Assembly: GCF_009914755.1 (NCBI RefSeq) | Contig: NC_060939.1 | DNA from: the human T2T-CHM13v2.0 reference genome, Homo sapiens | Length of the DNA stretch: 64,000 bases | Direction: 5' to 3' (one strand) | In this document: in pieces, positions 49,374 through 64,000 of the stretch | Layout of the letters: every line of letters begins with the position of its first letter | Position numbering within the stretch: the stretch's first letter is position 1 | Made by a program: the position numbers and the translations under genes | The notes under the pieces: model-generated | Told to the model about the DNA's origin: nothing | Seen by the model: the letters and a program-made list of their open reading frames with translations, nothing else | Database searches by the model: none

Positions 49374-50799
49374 TAAAAAGAATGTACAGTTTGGTACTTT
49401 ACTCCTAGTTTAAGTCATCTCTTTCGGCCCATACAGGTTGCCTGGGGCAGGGCGGTGGTGAGTGTGTTGAGTCGGCCCTATACCCTGTTCCACAATGCCT
49501 GGTGTCCTTGGCACGTAGCTTGCAGGGCTGCTTCCATGGATGGCTGCCTCATCCCCCACCCCTCCTTCATGGCACCCTCTTTTCTCCAACTCCTTTTCCT
49601 CTGCTGAGTCCTACCTTTTCTTGCCAGACCAGGGATTTGCCAATTATTCTGGATGGGCACAGGGAAGGGGCCCTCAGATCCTGCAGAGGGAGCATCTGAA
49701 AGACAATGAGACCCTGTACACAACCAAGCTGAGCCTCCTGTAAGCACATCCTCTGGGTGTCACTATGCGAAAAGACTCTTTGTCTGTTTACATTGCACAA
49801 CGAATTGTCCCTCTGATTGTCCTAGCGTTGGTGCATGCATGGATCCAGGAAGAGCAGGTATTTGGACCCAACGAGACAGGTTCATCTTGGCAGTTTGTCT
49901 CCTGTGGTTGCTTTGTGCCTGCCCCGTATCTATCCACCCAACTTCTGGCAGCAATCCCTCCAGGACCCACCTCTGTCTTCATGGTTTGTGTGTTCTGATC
50001 CTGCTCCTTGGCCCCAGAATACACCCTCCACATCTAAGCTATGCAGTGCCTCATCCCCACAGCTGCAGCGATTGGTTTAGGAATGGGAAAATAATCCAAT
50101 CAAAGTAAGATTGTCTAATATCTGATCCCGCTTACCCCGGAGCCAGAAGTCCCACCTTTCCAGGCTCCTCCATGTTCCTTTCTGGAGCAATGAGGAGGAA
50201 GGTTCATTCCCTTCTCAGGGAACTTGCTGCGGTGTCCCAGTCCTGACTGTCCCCTCTCTACCCCTGCCTGTGGCTCTCCCGTCTCCTGGCATTCTAACCT
50301 GCCACTGAATTCTTCCCACGCCAAACGCAGGTTAGGAACCTAAGCTCGGATGAAATGCTAGCTTAGACCTCATTGCTACTGAGAAGCAGAAACCACACTT
50401 TTTAGTTGGTAGAGGTGGATGTGGATTGGGGCCATAAAGTTTCCTCAATCATTGAATAAGGATTTCATTATTTGGACTAACTAAATACATTAGATTATTT
50501 ATACTAACTAAATAAATTAGATTTATTTTTCGAAGTTTAAAATCATTTTCAATAGTGACGAAAAAGGCTGTAGATTAGATGGGAGAATCTTTCGACGCCA
50601 AATTCTTCCCATCTCCTGCCTAGTATGTATCACTACACCTTGCCCAGAGAGACTGTAGGGGTGCTCAGCAAAAACCATGGCTGGTTGATTCCCTGGAAAA
50701 AGGGGTGCTGTCCCAGGGAGCTCTGTGCCCTTCCTGCCAACACTGGGGTCTAGAGGAGGCAAGTTCCCCTCTGAAGGTGAGTATGATTCACTCATTAAA

Positions 50800-51690
<891 letters not shown>

Positions 51691-52229
51691 TCCTTTTAAG
51701 CCTCAATTTCTTAATTGTGAAATGGGGCTAATACCTGTATCCAACCAAGGGAGTAGTTAGAAGGTAACATGATAGGTGGAAAGCACTTAACATAGGCAAA
51801 ATGTTATTATCAGGAATGATCGAGAGACCCATCCAACTATCTGAAGGAGTCACTTAACTCTACTGTACTGCAGCGCTGTAAAGTCTGCATCTTTCACTGG
51901 GGGTAAAGGCCCCCAGTCCCTGAGACGGGCCAGTTTGGAGACAGGCTGGTTTTTTCTCTGTTCTCCTGAGAGCCCTTCAGATGAGAAGGGAGGTCTGGAG
52001 ACAGAATGCCAAAAGCCCATTAAAGGCACGGCCTTGCATTTCAGAGAGGGAGCAGGTCTAGAGAAGAACCAGAGGAGCTCAGCTGAGATATGGTGTATGG
52101 ATTGGATTTTGGTAGAAGATGGGAAGAACCAAACACCTGAGAAACCACTTTGAAGATCGGGGTCAGAGTAAGGCCTAACACATAGTTGGCTCCCAGTAAT
52201 TATTGGTTGATTGAACAGCTCAAAGAGCA

Positions 52230-52710
<481 letters not shown>

Positions 52711-53039
52711 AAAGAGGCTGGAGAGAGATGAGGACTAGGTACAGGCTTTAGAGGAGAGCCACCGCCCCGGACTTCTCCCTCTGTCACCCCGCTTTCCATG
52801 ACCCTCCTTGCCTGACTTTGTGACTCCTTGCCTCGCTATCAAAACAAGTGCTGCAATCTCAGTGCTTTCCAAGAGCCCTGCATTGTTAGAAACTTCCCAG
52901 CACGCAGCAAAGGCTGCTGCAATACTCGCTCTGCCTGCCTTTGCCCTGCGCTTCCTACTTACCCTCCTTTTGTTTCTCCCAAACATCTGTCCCTGACTAT
53001 GCTCATCTCATGTTTGTCCTCAGCTGCTGAAAGGGCCAC

Positions 53040-53900
53040 GTTTGTTTTCATTACAAATAAGACCACCGAGTGGGCTCCTGGCGTGGGGGCGGGACCAGCC
53101 GCGCGCAGTCTTCAGAGGCAGCCCCCCAGGCTGTCTCTGGAGGGTGTGTCTCTGCTTCCCTTTCCCCGTGTTTATTTTCAGACGAAGCCAAGTGGCCCGG
53201 GGGGACCCTCCGGACTCCCAGCCTTCAGAGAGGAGGGCAGCTCGGGCTTTCGCCGCAGTGCTTCCTGCCCGTCACGTGTGTGCTCCTAGCCGGGGTCGGG
53301 GGAGCTGGTATCTTGGCCCTTCTGGGAGGACGCGCACAGCCCGAGGAGGCAGAGCCCCAGACGGGAATGGGCTTTTCAGAGGTGGGGTGCGGGCGAGGGG
53401 ACGATGCATTATTTTTAATATTTGATTTATTTTTCCAACTGGACTTCTTCCCGGGGCTCTTTCTGGGCCCAGCTGCCTTTGTGATCCCGCGCCCCGGTCC
53501 TCGGCCTCTCACCTCCAGCGCCGGGGCGCCCCCTGCTGTCGGAAGCGGCTGTGACCGGGCAGAGGTGCTATCTGGGACTCTGGGTTCTCAGCCCGGGGAC
53601 AGCGAACCGAGGGGCAGATGATCCATCAGAAAAGAGCCGGCACTGCCCAGCCCCGCGCCCCTGCCCCTGCCTTTTTCCGGGAGCGCGCCGCGCCGCACCC
53701 GCTACGGCCGCTTGACCCCATCTTTGAGCCCGGCCCCAAGCTCTGGGACCGTCGTGCCCCTCATCAAGGAAGAGCCAAGGACCCCAAGGAGAAGGTCAGG
53801 AGCGGCGGTGTGGATGTCCCTTGGCTGCAGGCCCCGCCGCGCACTCCCTTCAGTCCTTCCCTTCTCTAGGGACCAGGTAGCATCAGTGCCTGGATCTCGG
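53040..53900. promoter_or_regulatory. CpG island (promoter/enhancer-like)
   Basis: Sharp rise in GC and CpG outside any repeat; GC box 53086-53093; CACGTG 53273-53278. Confidence 0.8.
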
Positions 53901-54755
53901 CCTTGTGTGCCCTGCTCCCTGCCCCACCTACTAAGAACCAAGTCTGGTTCACCGGCTCCCAAGAGCTGGAACCCATTCTCAGCTAGCTGGGGGCCCAGGC
54001 CACCCCTTCCCTCCAGACCTGTGTGCCTTCTGCCCTGGCTCCAGGGCCCCCCACACCGTGACCAGGGCGGGATCCCTATGGGGCTGGCCAGTCGGCACCG
54101 TGCCAGGCCCACAGTGCCCTGGGCGTCCATGGAAGTCGTTCTGTGTCTTTAAAATCAGAAGGAAGACATTAACCTTTAGGCTGAAGAAAATGTTTTAGTA
54201 CACAGCAATAACTTATTTGTCTTTATCCAACAGCCATAAAATATAACTTTAAATATTCTATTGATAGAGAAAGGAGTTCATGAAGGCAGAAATGCCTGGG
54301 GCCCACGAACATCCCAGTGTGGCCCTGGACGGGACATCATGCTGGGCAACACAGCTAAAATGCGGGTGAAGACCAGATTTCTTGCACATGGCGGTGACGG
54401 GATGCTCCCTAGAGAGCTTCAAGTGGATTCTTTGCTTTTTATTTTCTCTCTTAATAAAAATGTATGATGTTTACATTGTCAGAGAACAAACAGAACTGTG
54501 GCTTGTGTTTCATGTCTTACGAAATGGGTCTTGTGTACTTTTGGCTGTTCTTTCATGTTCTTAGCAGTTATAGATTTGGCCCCTCTGGAATGGAGGGGCC
54601 ATATATCAGGGGGTTTGGGGCAGGGGACACGGCCCTCTGTTCACCCTGCCCTCCCTGATAGGTTGATTTATCTCCCTGCAATCCCTTATTCGCCTTCCGG
54701 GCTGGTCTCCTTCCCAGTCCGAGATCTGCCCCCAAGGCTTTGTTTGGCACCGCCC

Positions 54756-54988
54756 CACCCCTGCCTTCCCCAGTAGTCTTTCTACAGATCACCCCTTCCC
54801 ATGTGTCCTCAGCGCACCCCTGCCTTCCCCAATAGTCTTTCTACAGATCACCCCTTCCCATGTGTCCTCAGCGCACCCCTGCCTTCCCCAGTAGTCTTTC
54901 TACAGATCACCCCTTCCCATGTGTCCTCAGCGCACCCCTGCCTTCCCCAATAGTCTTTCTACAGATCACCCCTTCCCATGTGTCCTCA
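54756..54988. repeat. 59-bp minisatellite, about 4 copies
   Basis: Unit CACCCCTGCCTTCCCCARTAGTCTTTCTACAGATCACCCCTTCCCATGTGTCCTCAGCG at 54756, 54815, 54874 and 54933. Confidence 0.97.
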
Positions 54989-55029
54989 ACGCTGGCCTTC
55001 TCAGGAGTTCTAGCATCCGTCTCCACTGC

Positions 55030-55710
55030 TTTAGCCTGCTAAGACTGCCATAACAAACCACCACAGCTTGGGGGATTCAACCACAGAAATGTGTATGCTC
55101 ATAATTCTGGAGACCAGAAGTCTGAGATCAAGGTGTCCACAGTGCTGATTTCTTCTGAGGCCCGTCTCCTTGGTTTGTCAAGAGCCTCTTCTCCCTGTGT
55201 CTTCACAGGGTCTTCCCTCTACGCCTGTCAGTGTCCTGATCTCCTCTCAGTCACATTGGGTTAGGGATCACCATATGACCTTGTTTAACCTTACTCGTGT
55301 CTTTAAAGACTCTATCTTTTTTTTTTTTTTTTTTTTTTTTTTGAGACAGGGTCTCACTATGTTGCCTGGGCTGGAGTGCAGTGGCGCCATCTCAGCTCAC
55401 TGCAAGCCTCTGCCTCTGGGGCTCAAGCAATTGTCCTGCCTCAGCCTCCCGAGTAGCTGGGATTACAGGCGTGCGCCACCACCCCTGGCTAATTTTTTGT
55501 ATTTTTAGGAGAGACGGCGTTTCACCATGTTGGCCACGCTGGTCTTGAACTCCTGACCTCAAGTGATCCACCCGCCTCGGCCTCCCAAAGTTCGGAGATT
55601 ACAGGTGTGAGCCACCACGCCCAGCCGTCTCCAAATACAATCACATTGTGCATTACTACAGTTAGGATTTCAACATGTGAATTTGAGGGGGACTCAAATC
55701 AGTCCATACA
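55030..55710 (-). mobile_element. MLT1-type MaLR LTR interrupted by an AluS (about 55317-55626)
   Basis: ctgccataacaaaccaccaca...ttctggagaccagaagtctgagatcaaggtgtc. Confidence 0.8.
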
Positions 55711-56022
55711 CCCACCACCACCTCCACTTCCATTCACAGAAATGATTGCCAGAACTACAGACCTTGAGCTTGTGTGGGGTGACAATCCGACAAGCAACAG
55801 TGAGACAGAGCTGAGAGGGCTGCAGACCAGGATGGTGGGACCGAGGTTGCTAACAAAGCGCTGCTGAGACCTGCACAGCATGGAGGTGCTGCTGGGGGAG
55901 AGGGGTCCCCGTGAGTGGATCTGCTTGGTCTGCCCTTGCAAATAGTTCTTGTCAACGGGAAGGACTTAGAGCCCCTTGATCTACACTCATGGATACTTTT
56001 TTGAACTCAAGGTTTACAGTAG

Positions 56023-56388
<366 letters not shown>

Positions 56389-57565
56389 CCTTACCTGCCT
56401 TTTTTTAACCAAAAATTCTGATCTATGTTCCAATAATTATTCAATAACTGCAGCTCTAGATTCATAAATAGAGTTTATGGGGAACCCCGTGGAGGATGCT
56501 GTTCAATGGGGAAATCTTGTACAAACCCGGTCTAGGCTTATCCAGTCCTTGGGTTGAACATTCTTGGAAAGAGGCTAACCTCCCACAGGCCCCCCTACAA
56601 CACCCCCTACCTCGGCCCCCAACTTTCTTGCCGTGCTCATCTGGCCGGTACCTGCTCAAAGTAGTCATGTTCATTCAAAAAGACTAAGAGGACAAAGTGG
56701 GGAAGATGAATCTTTCTGAAAAAGAATTACTTCCTGTATTTCAAAGTGAACTGCAAATTTAAAAAATTTTTTTTACGATAAAATGCTGCTTGCATCATTC
56801 AAGCTGGTGCCACCCTCTCTCACTGCAGTGTCAGGTCTCTGTGCCGAGCCCATCGATTATCCTGCTAGTAAAATAGGAAGGAGCTGGAGGATCACTTTTT
56901 AATCTTATCCATTTTGGCGGTGATCCTTTTGGCTCTGTCTTAACACCCTAAGACGAGTCCTGGCCCACATTTTTCCTGGGGGTAGAAGAAGAGGGAGACG
57001 GGAGACAGTGCAGCTGTGTCATCTCCTTCAAAGCAAACCTCTCTGCGTAGACCTCCAGATGCAGAGCGGGCTTTGGAGGAACACTAAATCCCACCCTGAT
57101 TGCCATTTAGCCATATACTTGCGCAGAATAACAATATCCCCAAAACTACCCTGAACGAGGAGTTTAAACTCGGAGTGAGACGTGCTCATGGCTGCCTTGC
57201 CTTTGCTAACAATGTGAACTACAAACTCTTCTCTTGCCCGGCCCTCTTCCCGGAAAGTGCCTGGAACAAGCCGGAAGTCTTTCTGGGGATTTTAGCCATG
57301 GAATCTCAAGCCTGCTTTTCAGGATTTGCATCTGCCTTGTTTTTCCCAGTCTCACCTTCCCACCAAAGCCAGGACAATGCTAGTCAAGTTCATAGCCACA
57401 GAGTTCTGTGAGCATTCATTCCCTCATCGACCCCCTTTACTCGCAAAACCCAGAACCACGGAGGCTCCCCATAAACGCATCCAGGCCCTCCTGGGAACCT
57501 CCAGATGCAGTCTCGCGGGCCCCACTCCCAGTCCTTTCATAGCCTCCCACTGGAGCCTTGGGGTG

Positions 57566-57567
<2 letters not shown>

Positions 57568-57623
<56 letters not shown>
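57568..57623. repeat. (TG)n microsatellite
   Basis: About 27 perfect TG units. Confidence 0.97.
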
Positions 57624-57624
<1 letters not shown>

Positions 57625-58006
57625 GATGATGAAGGACACACGAGTGCTGTCCCCTCACTGCCATGGCTTCTCTGAGGTGCTGCCTCCAGCTCTGTGTCCT
57701 CTCAGAGCAAACCTCACAAGTAGCTAAACGGTGCCGTAATTGCTTCAGTGCCCCTGTGGTCACACTGTGCTCCACATGCGTCTATGAGGGCCGCTCTCCA
57801 GTCCGTGTCCTGCTATCTCACTGAGGCCTGGAGCCTCGACTTGTGCTCTGTACTTCACCAAGACGCTTGTGAAAATGGCCACTAGGCTGTTCTCTACTGG
57901 GGAAAGACTTAGCTCCTGGGGCCATGCTGGGAAACAGGCTCCACACAGCTCTTTCCGCTCCTCACCTCTCTCACCTCTGCTCCCAGGCACCTTCACCCCA
58001 AATACA

Positions 58007-58300
<294 letters not shown>

Positions 58301-60139
58301 CCAAAACACACTTCTTATTGCTTCCTTTCTTTCCCACACAAAACAGCAAATGTTTTGCTGGAGGCTGATGGCGCAGAAATTATCAGACACAGCTATACCC
58401 AGAATCCAGGTTAGGCTTAGTGGGATCCGCCTCCCATCCCGGCAGCTCTTCCTGGAGACACTTCCCCACCTCTGGTGGCCTAGCCGTTCAGTGTGGTCAC
58501 TGTGGCACCCGTTGGGAAGCTGACACCAGCTGGTGTTGGCATTGCACTCCATCAACAAAACTGAGTCAACTGTCCTTCAACATAATATCACTTATATTGT
58601 TTCCACATCATCAATGTCTTAATATTTTACATAACTGATGTGGTGTTTCATCAACTACAATCTCTCTTAAGTGGAGGAAGCCTCACCAAATTAGTAAAAT
58701 GCAATCTGAATTATATCTTTTAAATGAAACAGTTTTATTATTTCCAGCGCATGTGGAAATTTAGGCGAGATAAGTTTCAGGTGGACAACTCCTTCGGGAT
58801 CTTTAATGAAGTCATGAAAATGGTTTATCATGAACTTATCAATTACTAGACGGAAATGAAAGCTTTTTGTAGCTTTGGAAAAGCCTGTTCCTTCTCCTCT
58901 ACAGCGACATCTTGTTTACATCATCATGCGCTCAGCCTACTCTGCCCTCATAATTTCCACCAAAGTAAACGTCAAGCCTGATTCTGCAAAATATCACACA
59001 TTTCAATTTGCTGCATTTAAGAACATTCTTGATATGTTATCCTTCTTTATCCCAGGCTCTTAAAATGCTTTTTCAAAACACTTGCTTGGACCTGTGGAAA
59101 TAGGCGGTTCTGATGTTTGCGTTTTGAAGATAAGACGGCAGAAATGTTGAGGCCCTGATTGCATGGCTTGCCTGAGTTCCCAAGGCCTGAGCTCTGCCAC
59201 TCCCATCTCTAGCCCAGTTCATTGGGCTCAAAGGTGGAAGGAGAGGCTGCTTCGGAAACCCCCGCCGCCAGGTGTAATTACAGTACCAAGAGCCGACCTC
59301 TTTGCCACACCAATGGTCCAGTGACCACTGCCCAGCACATGACTCTTGGCCTGGGAACGAGATGACATTCACTGAGTGTGACTGCCGCATCTGAGTCAGA
59401 GGCGAGGGGGAAAAACAAGCACTTGTTTTCCACATGCATCTCCAAGGCTGCATTTCCAACTTGGCCATGGCCATAGAAGCCAGAACCTTACAGTGTCTTG
59501 GCAATTAAATGGTTTTCACACTTCTATTTTTAAAAGCCTTGGAACGAGTAACCTGGGGGATCAGAGTGGTTGGGTGAATGTCTTTCCAGAGCTCCCCACT
59601 GTCGGAGGCCCTGTCCTGGCAGCATTCCAAAGCAACTGCGAAACCAAAATGCTACAACAGGGCCTACTCTGCAAACCTGCTCCTCATATGATAAAAACAG
59701 AAACACCAGAGGCACCGGGGCCCTTGCAGTCTGTCCTACGTGAGGACAAAGAGTACATTCTGGCCTCCGGTCCCCAGGCAGTAAGATTATGATCCCACTA
59801 GTTGCATGTGTACATAAAGCTTTCACATATGGGATTGCAGTGCAGGGGTCCCCAGAAAGCCATCTCAGAGAGGGAGGTTGGCACGAAAGAGGTTTCTTTA
59901 GGGTGAATTCTTGGGGTCAACACCTGGGAAGATCAGAGCTAATTCTTGGGGTCCACACCTGGGAAGAGGAGGGGAGGCGAGGGGACACGAGGGGAGGAGA
60001 AGGGAGGGAAGGGAAGGCGCTGACAGCTGTGGCCTGTCTGTGGGTAGCGCCCAGCAGCTGGGAGAGTAAGTCCTGCCTTCCTGAGGAGCTGAACTGTGGT
60101 CGAAGAATCCCTCACAGCATTTCATCTTGCTTTTTAAAC

Positions 60140-62830
<2,691 letters not shown>

Positions 62831-64000
62831 TGGAACTACAGTGTATATTACTATACTGGTGGACACATATTAGAAATGGGTGCAAACCCATAGACTACGC
62901 AACACCAAGAGTGAACCCTAATGTAAACTGAGTGACAGTGGACTCTGAGTGATTATAACGTGTCAATGTAGGTTCACCATTTGCAACAAATGGACCGCTC
63001 TGGTGGGAGTGTTAATAATGAGGGCTGCGAAGCATGCATGGGCTCAGGGAGGATGTGGGGAATCTCCGTATTTTCTGCTCAATTTTACTGTGAATTTAAA
63101 ACTGCTCTAAAAAATAAACTGTATTAAAACAGAAAAAAATAATTTAGGATTAATCAACGTGTAAGTTCCTCGTCATTGAAGTCAGAACCTCACCTCATTT
63201 GGAAGCAGGAAATCCCTTCTGTACTCACCGTGTGCATGGGACACACTGACCAAAAGCCCCTGCCCATTGGCCTTCCTGGGCCTGAAGTGGCACTTCATGC
63301 TTGCCCTCCACTTGCCTGTCGCCACATGCATGCCAGGGTGGCCTCAGCCCTGCCTTACCCTTTGCAGGCCCAAGTCAGCGGGGTCATCCCCAGAAAGGAC
63401 TTGGTGTCATTTCTGGAACAAGTCATTTCTGGGGGTGCCCCTGCTGTCACTTCCCTCTGCTCCAGGGAACCCTCTCCTAGGCCCTGCCAGGGTGTGGGAC
63501 TTCTTGCTGACCCCAGTCCTTGGCTCATCTCCCTCTTTCTTCTCCCAGGGTCGTTGAAGAGGGAGCCTATTCCTTCCAAGCCTTAAAGCCACCCTCCTTG
63601 GCTTTAAGTTACAGCCAACATTCTGGCAGTCGTAGGATCCACCAGCAGAAGCTATGTTCTCCTGCTTGGTCTATGGGTGAATCTCCGCAGGGCCCTCTGT
63701 TCCCCACTCGGTCCCCACTGTGAGGCCCCGCCTGGCCCCTCTAGGTTCTCTGCCCCCAACTGGTCCTGCCCACTTCTGCTCTCTCCTTCCCTTCTCCTCA
63801 ATCATCACGCCCTTGTTCTCAGGCCTCAGTGCCCCAGCACTTAGCACAGAGGATCAGGAACTTCCACAGTGATCCTAAATCTCCCTGTTCTTTTTAAATT
63901 TACTTTATTTTTTAGAGCAGTGTTGGGTTCACAGTAGTTTTTGCTTCCGTCAAAAAATGCTTGTTGACTGGGAACCTCTTCCTTGGAAATTTCAACTGCA

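Noticed and set aside
53042-54152. Long overlapping ORFs (up to 183 aa) in the CpG island
   Set aside because: Stop codons are scarce in GC-rich DNA, many starts are non-ATG, several frames are open at once, and there is no recognisable domain.
54756-54988. Regular repeats as a possible CRISPR array (also 31151-31222)
   Set aside because: Head-to-tail units with no unique spacers, no cas genes, and a human genomic context.

Overview
Human (primate) genomic DNA, not microbial, and no CRISPR array or operon is present. The window holds the 3' end of TCF12 (HEB, class I bHLH/E-protein) on the + strand. Five coding exons (548-754, 9394-9508, 10412-10574, 20305-20537 = bHLH, 29775-29917) splice in frame to ...TNPMGHM*. 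A non-coding last exon starts at 33487 and has several poly(A) signals. The rest is repeat-rich intron and downstream sequence (many Alus, L1, Tigger/MER DNA transposons, MaLR LTRs, MIR), a SNORD13/U13 retrocopy, a CpG island near 53.0-53.9 kb and a 59-bp VNTR. The most interesting observation is a 5'-intact, 3'-truncated antisense L1PA in the intron before the bHLH exon. It keeps an open ORF0 (18567-18797, strong Kozak) with a CAG|GT donor in the same phase as the bHLH exon acceptor. This predicts a 188-aa L1-ORF0::HEB-bHLH fusion lacking the activation domains; this is inference and expression is not shown. Repeat subfamily names and exon numbers are from recognition/memory, and repeat boundaries are approximate.
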